64,000 bases of DNA from Promethearchaeota archaeon Loki_b31 (GTDB lineage: Archaea; Asgardarchaeota; Lokiarchaeia; Sigyniarchaeales; SOKP01): assembly GCA_005222975.1 (NCBI GenBank), contig NJBI01000011.1, positions 17,810 to 81,809 of the forward strand, read 5' to 3'. The first letter of the stretch is position 1. Each line of letters begins with the position of its first letter. The notes below the pieces were generated by a model, which was given only the letters and a program-made list of their open reading frames with translations, did not search any database and was not told where the DNA came from. The position numbers and the translations under genes were made by a program. Below, piece by piece: positions 9,702 to 19,030 of the stretch.

Positions 9702-10652
9702 CTATAAATTTCCAAATTTTATTAATATCGCATCATAAGGACACTTCTCTTTACACTCCAAACAAAAGTTACACTCACCTTTACCCGTGAAAAATTCAAA
9801 CGGCTCATCTAATATTCTAATCTGTTTTGGACAGATGTCTTCACAGATTCCACATTCAGACCTACCTACACATTTAACAGGGTTTCTGGATAATTTTAAA
9901 AAAGCATAATCGGTTATGACTGAAGAAACTGCAGCAAAAGGGCAAATATACCTACAGTATAATCGTGGATACCACACCGAAAGGACAAGGATTAAAGTGT
10001 AGACACCTATTATAATATATCCTCCAGGTTCTAAAGCATCGAATTTTGCCGGTAAAAAGATATTCAGAATAATATCTGGAAGAAACACAAAAATAAATTC
10101 AGATAAAGAAAAAAATCCTATTGGTCGTTGAGCAAATACACCTATCTGGTTTTTAAAATCAAGATAAAATAAGACATTCGTATTTTTAGCAATTCCTAAC
10201 GGGAATATGATTAATGTGATAATAATTATAAAAACATACTTTATGTTGAGAAGATTCTTATGGGTTTCAAGTTTTACCCTCTTTTTTTTAGTAGGTATTG
10301 CAGCACACACATCTTGGATCGCCCCAATCGGACATATCCATCCACAAAAAAACCGATTTGAAAATAATAATATTAATATTAACACTGCAATAAGAAAAAA
10401 TGGAAATACACCTTCTGCCATGGAGAAGAAGATATATTCTAACATTCCTGCTCCATTAGAAAGAGGATTTCTTGGCGAGTTTAAAATGGGTAGTGCCTTT
10501 ATAATTCCTTCTAAACTTAATAGGTTAATAGGAAAAATGGCTTCTATAATTATGTAATTTATCAATAAAAACGCAAAAATCTGAATTATTCTTCGAGTGA
10601 TTGTGATTAAGTTTCCTCTAATCTTTAAACTTTTAAATCTCATAGATATCAC
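9702..10652 (-). CDS. NapH/MauN-type membrane 4Fe-4S protein
   Basis: RFFCGWICPIG and RLYCRYICP motifs, TM helices, C-terminal 2x4Fe-4S. Confidence 0.85.
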   Translation of the reverse strand: MISMRFKSLKIRGNLITITRRIIQIFAFLLINYIIIEAIFPINLLSLEGIIKALPILNSPRNPLSNGAGMLEYIFFSMAEGVFPFFLIAVLILILLFSNRFFCGWICPIGAIQDVCAAIPTKKKRVKLETHKNLLNIKYVFIIIITLIIFPLGIAKNTNVLFYLDFKNQIGVFAQRPIGFFSLSEFIFVFLPDIILNIFLPAKFDALEPGGYIIIGVYTLILVLSVWYPRLYCRYICPFAAVSSVITDYAFLKLSRNPVKCVGRSECGICEDICPKQIRILDEPFEFFTGKGECNFCLECKEKCPYDAILIKFGNL

Positions 10653-10745
10653 TTGCTAAATTTTAAATTAATAAATAATTGCTGGTTTTTCAATTTTTAG
10701 AATTGAAAAAAGAGAAATAAAAAAAAATTTGAAAAAGTAATTTTT

Positions 10746-11180
10746 TTAAGCTTTTTTAATTTTACTGAAGGACTTTTTATACTCTTCAGGATTTCCACCC
10801 GCTACAAGGTAATCTATGTAAACTTTTAAACTTTTTAAAAATAAATCTCCAGCCATTTCCATAATCATTCTTTGGTCTTCCAATTCAAATTCAGTCCAAA
10901 GCGTCACTTTAGTTACATCGCCTTTCGGTTCGAAAATATAACCAATTTTTTTCATAGGGCTTCCCTCTTGGATTGATGTTATCTTCTCACGAGGTATGTT
11001 CTCAATTTCTATGTTTGTTACATCCCCTACATTAGTTTTTAGGAAATATTTTTTGGAATCGAGTTGTTTGATTTCATTTACAACGATATTCCATCTTGGT
11101 AAACCCATGTAATCGTTTAATATCTCGTAAACTTTTTCTACGGAAGCTTTAATTTCTATTTTTTTTTCTGCTATTGGCAA
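10746..11180 (-). CDS. SRPBCC/START-fold protein
   Basis: IEIKASVEKVYEIL...PRWN pattern; TTG start with GGAG upstream. Confidence 0.75.
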   Translation of the reverse strand: MPIAEKKIEIKASVEKVYEILNDYMGLPRWNIVVNEIKQLDSKKYFLKTNVGDVTNIEIENIPREKITSIQEGSPMKKIGYIFEPKGDVTKVTLWTEFELEDQRMIMEMAGDLFLKSLKVYIDYLVAGGNPEEYKKSFSKIKKA

Positions 11181-11289
11181 AAAATCAACTCCTTTAAAAT
11201 TTATTATCTTTAGTCATTATTAAAAATTACAGTAAAACATTTAGCTGAAATTTAAATCTTTAATATAATAAAATAGAGAGATGAATGGA

Positions 11290-13200
11290 TTACTTGAGCG
11301 AAAGAGACTCTCTATTTCTCGGAGCTTTAGTGGCTTTTCTTAATTTTTTATGTATCATCGTCGATAAGCTTACACATTTGCTTTCTTCGCCGTGGTTGAT
11401 TATAACTAATTTTGGTCTGGGTTGAATTCTGCGTAGAAATTGCGATATCTGGCTTCTTGACGAGTGACCAGAGAATCCTTCTAAAGTAAAGACATTTAAG
11501 TTTAATCTTATAAGCTGTGTCCTTCCTTTCTCATTGGTGTATTGAATCTCGCGGAAACCACGCTGAACCCTGCTTCCCAAAGTTCCATTTACTTGGTAAG
11601 ATACAAATATAAGAGAATTATTCTTATCTTCAGCTAACCTTCTTAAATATTGAACTGAGGGGCCTCCGATTAACATACCGCTCGTAGCTAAGATAATACA
11701 AGGTCCACCCAAAATTACATCGTTCCTTTCTTCTTGACTAGAAATAGTCGTGAAAAAATCGCTTAAGAATGGGTTTTTGCCCTGATGTAATATTTTTTCT
11801 CTTAAGTCAGAGCTAAGAAAATCGGGGTTTGCGGTATGTATAGCTGTTGCTTCTGAGATTAATCCGTCCAAAAAGATTGGGACATGATCAATAATACCTT
11901 TTGAGATGAACTCTTCTAACACTATTATTAGCTCTTGAGCTCGCCCTACTGCTAATACAGGAATAAGAATTTTGCCACCTCTCTTGATCGTTGAATTTAA
12001 TATTTGCCTAAGGTCTCTTTCAGAATCTTGTCTACTTGGGATTCGATCTTGAGGGCCTCCATAAGTTGATTCAATAAGTAGGGCTTCAACCCTCGGAAAT
12101 TTTACAGCCGCTTTTTCTAGAAGTCTTGTTTTTTGATATTTAAAATCTCCTGTGTATATAAAGTTGAATCCACCCTTTCCGAAATGTAAATGAATTATTG
12201 AAGAGCCTAATATATGACCAGAATTATGAAGTGTTAACTTAATATCGGGAGCAATATCCGTAACTTTCCCCCATGAGAGGGGTATCGTATGGAGTACAGC
12301 GCTTTTTACATCCCTTTTAGAATAAGGACCAGGTATACCCTCTTTTTCGCAAATCTGAACGAAATCTAATTGCAACATGGTCGAAAGGTTTCGTGTAGGG
12401 AGCGTACAATATACGGGACCTTTATACCCATACTTAAATAAAAAAGGTACCATTCCACAATGATCTAAGTGAGCATGAGAAACTATTACGGCGTCTAAAT
12501 CCCTTATTGAAAACTCTGGAATATCAAAATTTGGAAATTGATCGTTTTTATTGCCGACATTTAACCCTACATCGAGAAGAATGTTACTATCTCTTGTTTG
12601 CATTAAAATACACGATCTACCGACTTCTCTAAAACCACCTAAGGAAGTTAGGCGAATATTTAAATCTTTAAAAATGGTAGGGCGGTGAATTCTCTTTCCA
12701 ATATTCAAGAGTATGTCTTTTTGGTTTTGTCTTTCTTTTTTCAACATTCCTCTAATTAATTCAATGGTTCTCGATTCCAACGGTGGCGTTCTTATTGTTT
12801 TAGGTTGCCAAAAAGTGTTCATCCGTATTTCCTTTAAATTCACACCTTTTTTTCCAATAACCAACCCTGGTTTTACCGATTCTATAATAACTTCTCCACG
12901 AGTGTGATCAAATTCAATATTGGTGATTTCAGCGCTTTCGACTATTAAATTTCTTATGTAATCTTCTGTTTCAGATGGATCCTTGCGCTTCTCCGCGTTC
13001 CAGCGAAAAACCACTCTTTTACGCATAGTTTTCGCTAATTCTTTTAAAATGTCTGAACTTTCAATAAGATCCAAATTTTCATTTTCAGAATAAACGGCTA
13101 TTTCAGGACCCTCAAATTCTATTTTTTTAACCTTGATACCGGCAGGGAGATTTGAAATGATTTGATCCTTAATTCTTTGTAGTTCTCCTTCGAAACTCAT
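11290..13200 (-). CDS. fttA: aCPSF1 beta-CASP ribonuclease / transcription termination factor
   Basis: Two KH domains (EFEGPE, PGLVIGKKG), HAHLDH, GHILGS, ESTYG, FSGHS. Confidence 0.97.
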   Translation of the reverse strand: MSFEGELQRIKDQIISNLPAGIKVKKIEFEGPEIAVYSENENLDLIESSDILKELAKTMRKRVVFRWNAEKRKDPSETEDYIRNLIVESAEITNIEFDHTRGEVIIESVKPGLVIGKKGVNLKEIRMNTFWQPKTIRTPPLESRTIELIRGMLKKERQNQKDILLNIGKRIHRPTIFKDLNIRLTSLGGFREVGRSCILMQTRDSNILLDVGLNVGNKNDQFPNFDIPEFSIRDLDAVIVSHAHLDHCGMVPFLFKYGYKGPVYCTLPTRNLSTMLQLDFVQICEKEGIPGPYSKRDVKSAVLHTIPLSWGKVTDIAPDIKLTLHNSGHILGSSIIHLHFGKGGFNFIYTGDFKYQKTRLLEKAAVKFPRVEALLIESTYGGPQDRIPSRQDSERDLRQILNSTIKRGGKILIPVLAVGRAQELIIVLEEFISKGIIDHVPIFLDGLISEATAIHTANPDFLSSDLREKILHQGKNPFLSDFFTTISSQEERNDVILGGPCIILATSGMLIGGPSVQYLRRLAEDKNNSLIFVSYQVNGTLGSRVQRGFREIQYTNEKGRTQLIRLNLNVFTLEGFSGHSSRSQISQFLRRIQPRPKLVIINHGEESKCVSLSTMIHKKLRKATKAPRNRESLSLK

Positions 13201-13524
13201 ATATCCTCAATTTTTTAATATAATTCTTATTTAGTTTTAAAAATGTAAAAGTTGTTGATTCTCTTATTATTATATTTAGAATAATCTTTTCTTTAAATTG
13301 AATTATTTATAACCTAGTTATAATCTCCTTTAAAGTTATATGTACAGTCAATTTGGTTTTTTAAACGATGTTTTTAAACAAATAGAACAATTCTTAGATA
13401 TTAATATTAATACCAGAGATTATATTTAACAACGAATTAATTCTAATTTCTAAATAATATATGAGTTTATAGAATAAAAATATTGTCATTATGGAATGAG
13501 GATTAATGATCTGCTGCAAATCTC

Positions 13525-13556
13525 TTCCCTCACCTAAAGGAGGGGGTTTTTGTTTT
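13525..13556. other. GC-rich hairpin with T-tract upstream of purN (terminator-like, or IS200/IS605-type end remnant)
   Basis: TTCCCTCACC-TAAA-GGAGGGGG followed by TTTTTGTTTT in an otherwise very AT-rich spacer. Confidence 0.35.
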
Positions 13557-13601
13557 GCTTTAATGATAAACTTTTTTTAAAAAAGAAAATTAGAACGAAC
13601 T

Positions 13602-14237
13602 ATGTCAAAAGTAAAAATAGGTGCGATAGCCTCTGGTTCTGGGAGTAATTTAGAAGCAATAATTAAAGCATGCGAGGAAGGCATTTTGAAACATAAGGCG
13701 GGCGTAAAAGTACTTATTTGTAACAAAACTGGAGCATTTTGCATGGAACGAGCGAAAAACCATAACATACCATATGAATTAATTGAATCTAATAAGTTTC
13801 TTCATCTCCCCAGAGAAGAGTTCGATAAAAAGATGATAGCTGTACTAAAAAAATACGATTGTGAATTAGTTGTTTTAGTCGGCTATATGAGATTAGTAAG
13901 CCAAAGTTTTATTGATGCTTTCAATGGGAATGTTATGAATATACATCCTGCCCTTTTGCCTTCCTTCAAAGGTATGCACGCTCACAAAGATGTTTTAGAA
14001 TATGGTGTAAAGGTTTCTGGTACTACAGTTCATTTTGTGGATCCTCAATCGGATCATGGACCAATCATCATCCAAAAATGCGTTCCTGTGTACGATACCG
14101 ACACAGAAAAAACTTTAGGACCAAGAGTTTTAGAATGGGAGCACAAAATCTTTCCTAAAGCGATAGAATTATATTGCGATAAACGGTTGCATGTTGATGG
14201 AAGAATTGTAAGAATCGATGGTGATGTTGTCTTATAA
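13602..14237 (+). CDS. purN: Phosphoribosylglycinamide formyltransferase
   Basis: SGSGSN, GYMR, NIHPALLPSFKG, GTTVHFV, DHGPII. Confidence 0.96.
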   Translation: MSKVKIGAIASGSGSNLEAIIKACEEGILKHKAGVKVLICNKTGAFCMERAKNHNIPYELIESNKFLHLPREEFDKKMIAVLKKYDCELVVLVGYMRLVSQSFIDAFNGNVMNIHPALLPSFKGMHAHKDVLEYGVKVSGTTVHFVDPQSDHGPIIIQKCVPVYDTDTEKTLGPRVLEWEHKIFPKAIELYCDKRLHVDGRIVRIDGDVVL

Positions 14238-14255
14238 TTGTAATTATTTAAATAT

Positions 14256-14358
14256 GCGGGAAATGATTTCGTTGAAAGCTCTGACCCAACTGAAAGTATT
14301 GGTATTTTCCATAACTTAATGAAGAAGATCTTGAGTAATGAGATTACTCATTTCCCGC
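14256..14358 (+). ncRNA. Candidate dual-guide box C/D sRNA targeting tRNA position 34
   Basis: Terminal stem GCGGGAAATGA/TCATTTCCCGC; C ATGATTT 14263, D' CTGA 14281, C' ATGAAGA 14319, D ATGA 14338; the 11-12-nt spacers are complementary to anticodon-arm-like sequences. Confidence 0.65.
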
Positions 14359-14449
14359 TCCTATTACATTCAAATAAACCTAAAATTTTAATCAAATCAA
14401 ACATGGTTTAATAATATATTAATATAATTAACAAGAGAATAAAGTAAAG

Positions 14450-16639
14450 ATGCCTCGTCGTAAGGAAATTTCTGAGATTCTAAATATGATGGAAAAGACT
14501 CAGAATATTAGGAATATTGGGTTTGTGGGCCATATAGACCATGGTAAAACAACGCTAAGCGATTCTCTTTTGAGTGAAGCGGGTTTACTTTCACCCGATC
14601 TAGCAGGTGAAGCACGTGCCTTAGATTATTTAGAAGAAGAACAAAGACGTGGAATTACCATGAAATCTACTAATATTTCATTATACTATGAAAAATCCCT
14701 TAAAGACCACGACCCTTTTCTAATAAATCTTGTTGATACACCAGGCCACTTAGATTTTAGTGGCAAAGTAACTCGTGCTTTAAGGTTAATAGATGGAGTC
14801 GTTGTAGTTGTCGATGCTGTTGAGGAAATAATAACTCAATCTGAAACGGTTATTAAACAAGCTCTACAGGAAGGTGTGAAACCAGTACTTTATATTAATA
14901 AAGTAGATCGCCTCATCCGAGAGTTAAAGCTAACAGATGAAAAAATAAGAAAAAAATATACAAGGATTATTAAAGATTTTAATACGCTCATTAAAAGGTA
15001 CGCAGATAAACCCTTCAAAAAAGAGTGGCAAGTATCTCCTGACATTGGAAATGTTGCATTCGGCTCAGCGCTCCACAAATGGGGTTTTACATTAAGTATT
15101 TTAGAAAATAACGAGTTAAAGTTTTCGGATATTAGATCGCGGTATCAAAAAGAAACATACACTAAAGAAACCTATGCTGATTTAGCTGTTTATTTTCCAA
15201 TACACAACGCAATACTAGAAATGGTTGTCGATCACCTCCCTAATCCTATTGAAGCTCAGAAATACAGAATAGGTAAGATTTGGTGTGGAGATTTGACATC
15301 TGAAGTTGGAAAATCTATGACTAATTGCGATCCAAATGGACCTTTAATAATATGTTTGAGTAAAGTACAAGCAGATAAGCACAGTTTGGTCGCAACTGGA
15401 AGAATATTTTCTGGAAATTGTTTCAATAAAGAGGAAGTATTTTTATTAAGAGAAAATAATTTCGATACAATTCGAAAAACCGCAATTTTCATGGGTCAAA
15501 GAAGAGAGCAAGTTGAAGAAATCCCTGTTGGAAACATCGTTGCTATAGAAGGGTTAAAAAAAGTAAAAAGCGGCGAGACTTTAATTAATAAGAATTATAT
15601 TGATAAAATGGTTCCATTTGAAAATGTAAAATATGTTTCTACTCCCGTCGTAACGGTATCAATCGAACCGGAATATTTAAGAGATTTAGATAAAATGAAA
15701 GAGCTCATCGAAAACATACTAATCGAAGATCCCAATTTGTTATTTGAAATAAACGAGGAAAACGGCGAGTTCCTACTCTCAGGTATGGGACCTTTACATC
15801 TTGAAATCACCGCAAATGAAATTGAAAAACGAGGTGTTGAGATTTCAACATCAGAACCAAGGGCGGTCTTTAAAGAATCTTGCAAATATGGTTCTTCTAC
15901 TATAGCTGCAGAATCAACAAACCATCAAAGTTCGCTAAAAATTAGAATAGAACTATTAAACGATAAAACAAGCAGGTTCTTCCGGACTCATGATTTTAAG
16001 TCTATAAAACCAGTAGCAAAATTGAAAGAATTGTTAGAAGAATTTACTGATTTAACAACGGATGAAATCCAAGACTTTTGGACATATTTCGATAATAATA
16101 ACGTTTTAATTTATAATTTAAAAGATGATTTAAACCAATTCTTGAAAGATACAAATTTAGAAATTATTGATAAAATTCTATTAAATGGTCCACTATGCGG
16201 CGAAAAATTAACAGGTCTAAAAGTTATAATTGAAGAACTCGTCGTAAATAAGCTTGACGAAGAAAATGCGTTTACAGAATTATCGGCAATGTTTTACGAT
16301 GCCATTAAAAAAGCTTTAAACGAATCTGGACTTATCCTACTTGAACCTATATACTATACAATTATTCAATTACCCCCAGATTACATAAAAAATACGCTTT
16401 CTTTGCTTTCAAAATATTCTGCAAAAATAAAAAATGTCAATCAAGAAAAGGATTATCAAGCAATCATAGAAGTGCTCTTGCCAGTAAGAAATTCTATTAA
16501 ATTTGCTGAAGCTATTCGTTCTAGCACTTCAGGAAAAGCGTTCTGGCAAAATGAGTTTTACGCTTACATGGAAGTCCCTAATCATGAAGCCAAAAGATTA
16601 ATTAGTGATTTAAGATTTCTTAAAGGGCTTTCTTGGTAG
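14450..16639 (+). CDS. Elongation factor 2 paralogue (aEF-2p-like) lacking the diphthamide motif
   Basis: GHIDHGKTT, RGITM, DTPGH, NKVD, GMGPLHL, GPLCGE; no HRG motif in domain IV. Confidence 0.88.
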   Translation: MPRRKEISEILNMMEKTQNIRNIGFVGHIDHGKTTLSDSLLSEAGLLSPDLAGEARALDYLEEEQRRGITMKSTNISLYYEKSLKDHDPFLINLVDTPGHLDFSGKVTRALRLIDGVVVVVDAVEEIITQSETVIKQALQEGVKPVLYINKVDRLIRELKLTDEKIRKKYTRIIKDFNTLIKRYADKPFKKEWQVSPDIGNVAFGSALHKWGFTLSILENNELKFSDIRSRYQKETYTKETYADLAVYFPIHNAILEMVVDHLPNPIEAQKYRIGKIWCGDLTSEVGKSMTNCDPNGPLIICLSKVQADKHSLVATGRIFSGNCFNKEEVFLLRENNFDTIRKTAIFMGQRREQVEEIPVGNIVAIEGLKKVKSGETLINKNYIDKMVPFENVKYVSTPVVTVSIEPEYLRDLDKMKELIENILIEDPNLLFEINEENGEFLLSGMGPLHLEITANEIEKRGVEISTSEPRAVFKESCKYGSSTIAAESTNHQSSLKIRIELLNDKTSRFFRTHDFKSIKPVAKLKELLEEFTDLTTDEIQDFWTYFDNNNVLIYNLKDDLNQFLKDTNLEIIDKILLNGPLCGEKLTGLKVIIEELVVNKLDEENAFTELSAMFYDAIKKALNESGLILLEPIYYTIIQLPPDYIKNTLSLLSKYSAKIKNVNQEKDYQAIIEVLLPVRNSIKFAEAIRSSTSGKAFWQNEFYAYMEVPNHEAKRLISDLRFLKGLSW

Positions 16640-16653
16640 AGATAATGATTAAA

Positions 16654-16724
16654 TGCGCCTGCCGGGAATTGAACCCGGGACGCTGACTTGGGAAGCCAGC
16701 ATATTACCACTATACTACAAGCGC
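16654..16724 (-). tRNA. tRNA-Gly(CCC), intronless
   Basis: GCGCTTG/CAGGCGC acceptor stem, CTGGC-TT CCC AA-GTCAG anticodon arm, CCGGG-TTCAATT-CCCGG T arm. Confidence 0.96.
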
Positions 16725-16823
16725 AAAAATATAGAAAATTAATAATAATAAATGAGATTTTATAAATAAATTTTTTTACAAGTTGTGGTTTATTAATAAT
16801 TAAATTTCAAAATAGGTAGTACC

Positions 16824-17498
16824 ATGAATATTGAGAATTTAATTTTTCAAAAAAATATTACGATTAACAGCAACGATTCACTACTCATAATTGATATGCA
16901 GTATGATTTTATGCCAGGGGGAGCTTTACCTGTCGAAGAAGGCGATCAGATTATAGATGACATTAATTTAGTCGCTGAAATTTTTAAGGATAACAATGGG
17001 ATAGTTGTATTAACACAAGATTGGCATCCAAAAAATCATAAGTCATTTGCAAGTAGCTATCCTGGGAAAAACCCTAGAGATGAGTTTCAATCCGAAGGAA
17101 TTGGTCCAATTATTTGGCCAGATCATTGCGTTCAAGGCACACAAGGCGCAAAATTTCACGAAAAATTAAAAACTGATTTAACTAATGTTATTATTCGTAA
17201 GGGCTATAATATCGATGTAGATAGTTATTCTGGATTTATTGAAAACGATAAAAAATCAGAAACAGGTTTGGCTGGACTATTGAAATCATTGAATATTAAA
17301 AGAATCTTTATTTGTGGATTAGTGTTAGACTATTGTTGCTATTTTACTGCGATTGATGGTATCGATTTTGGTTTTGAGGTTTACTTTTTAGTAAATTTAA
17401 CTAAAGGCATAGATTTGCCCCCAGGAAACATCTCTAGCTCTTTAGAGAATATGAGAAATAAAGGAATTAAATTCGTAGCAAAGGAGAGTTTTGTGTAA
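16824..17498 (+). CDS. pncA: Nicotinamidase/pyrazinamidase
   Basis: IDMQYDF, QDWHP, WPDHCVQGT, KG, DSYSGF, DYC. Confidence 0.93.
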   Translation: MNIENLIFQKNITINSNDSLLIIDMQYDFMPGGALPVEEGDQIIDDINLVAEIFKDNNGIVVLTQDWHPKNHKSFASSYPGKNPRDEFQSEGIGPIIWPDHCVQGTQGAKFHEKLKTDLTNVIIRKGYNIDVDSYSGFIENDKKSETGLAGLLKSLNIKRIFICGLVLDYCCYFTAIDGIDFGFEVYFLVNLTKGIDLPPGNISSSLENMRNKGIKFVAKESFV

Positions 17499-17509
17499 GG
17501 GTTAAAATC

Positions 17510-18007
17510 GTGAAGTCTACGACGAATGCTAAACCTAAGAGTTTTCCATACAGCAAAATTTTAGTAGCTTGTAGTGTAAATACCGCAAGAAGTCCAATGA
17601 CAGAAGGATTTTTAAAAGATTTCTTTGCTCGTAATAATATGAAAGGAGAAGTGTATTCTGGTGGAATTTCTTCGAACGCTAGAGATGGAATGCTTATTTC
17701 TCTTGACGCGAAATTTGTAATGAAAGAATTTTTTATAGACTTACCAGAAGATTCTGTCTCGATTGATTTAAAAAAACGACTTGAATTAATTCAGTGGGCA
17801 GATTTAATCCTCACGCTAACTGATAAACATAAACAAGAAATTATTAAATTTATTGACTCAGATAATAAAGAGATTTGCACTCTAAGAGAATTTGCGGGAG
17901 AAAATGGGGATATTGAAGACCCTTCAATGAAAGGACTTGAAGGTTTTCGCAAAGCTCGGGACGAGATAAAAAGATGTTTGGATAAAGGGTTAAGAAAATA
18001 TTCGTGA
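17510..18007 (+). CDS. Low-molecular-weight protein phosphatase / ArsC family
   Basis: P-loop CSVNTARS (CX5R), ADLILT, DIEDP. Confidence 0.85.
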   Translation: MKSTTNAKPKSFPYSKILVACSVNTARSPMTEGFLKDFFARNNMKGEVYSGGISSNARDGMLISLDAKFVMKEFFIDLPEDSVSIDLKKRLELIQWADLILTLTDKHKQEIIKFIDSDNKEICTLREFAGENGDIEDPSMKGLEGFRKARDEIKRCLDKGLRKYS

Positions 18008-18013
18008 AATTTT

Positions 18014-18907
18014 CTAACTTGTTTTGATAAAATTAAGTAAGTAATCGCTCAATATACTTTCAATATTCTTTATTCCTCGAAATCCTGGAAAATCGTTAAG
18101 ATCTATGAAATAATACTTATTGCTATTTACGGGTTGAACCAAGTCGAACCCAAATATTTTTAAATTCATTTCTTTTGAAAGGATTTGGGCTAGATTATGA
18201 ATTTCTTTAGTTATTTTAAATTCTTTTCTTTTGATTGTGTCAACATCGATATTATCGGGCTTTTTTTTCAAAAATATATAAATCGGATTTTCTCTTATAA
18301 TCCCAAACGTTTTGTCTCCTATTACGTAAATCTTTCTTTCAAAACCATCACACTCAATAAATTTTTGAATGTAAATGTCGTAGTATAATAAATGTTTATA
18401 TCTTTCGCAAAAAATATCTATTTCTTTTATCTTTCGAACTAGAAAATTGAATCTATTGTATTTATCGTGTTGATAATGACTTTTAAGTACAATAGGTAAT
18501 TTCGGAGTTGCCCATTTCTTAAATTTTTGAACATCTGTAATATTATTATTCCAAGAATTTGGTAGAGCGAAATGCTTCCTGATTTGAGGATTATTTTTAA
18601 AGACACTTCTAAGAGCGTAATCAAGAGCGATCTTGTTTTTGCATGTTAAAACAACATCAACACTATGGAATGTCGGAATTTTATTTATTTTAGCAAAATG
18701 AAGTAGATCGATAGAACAATCGTTTCTTATTTTAGCAATTATTAAATCTGCTTCTTTAATCGCTTTAGGCATTCTGGAAAGGTTGAAAAATTTCTTTGTA
18801 GGATCGTGAAAGTATAAATTGACATCTGGAATAGTTTTGAGCCTGTTTATAACGCTTTTTATGATTTCGTGATCTTCTCTTGCTGAAAAAACGACCTTTT
18901 TGACCAT
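18014..18907 (-). CDS. ITPK1-like ATP-grasp inositol phosphate kinase (A)
   Basis: IQKFI, KIYVIGD, FGFDL, IDLNDFPGF (DxN plus FPG as in ITPK1, not the RimK ExN). Confidence 0.75.
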   Translation of the reverse strand: MVKKVVFSAREDHEIIKSVINRLKTIPDVNLYFHDPTKKFFNLSRMPKAIKEADLIIAKIRNDCSIDLLHFAKINKIPTFHSVDVVLTCKNKIALDYALRSVFKNNPQIRKHFALPNSWNNNITDVQKFKKWATPKLPIVLKSHYQHDKYNRFNFLVRKIKEIDIFCERYKHLLYYDIYIQKFIECDGFERKIYVIGDKTFGIIRENPIYIFLKKKPDNIDVDTIKRKEFKITKEIHNLAQILSKEMNLKIFGFDLVQPVNSNKYYFIDLNDFPGFRGIKNIESILSDYLLNFIKTS

Positions 18908-19030
18908 AATTAATTCTTAAAAAAGCGGGACACATTCTTAAATATTCCTTAATCCTTATTTTTTTTAAAGTTTATATTAATTAAAATTTAATTAATTATT
19001 AATAATTACATCTTTAAATTTAACCAGAAT

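Noticed and set aside
14256-14358. SECIS element or riboswitch reading of the structured RNA
   Set aside because: No in-frame TGA in the flanking genes, helix spacing does not fit a SECIS core, and no riboswitch consensus was recognised; the C/D reading explains more of the sequence
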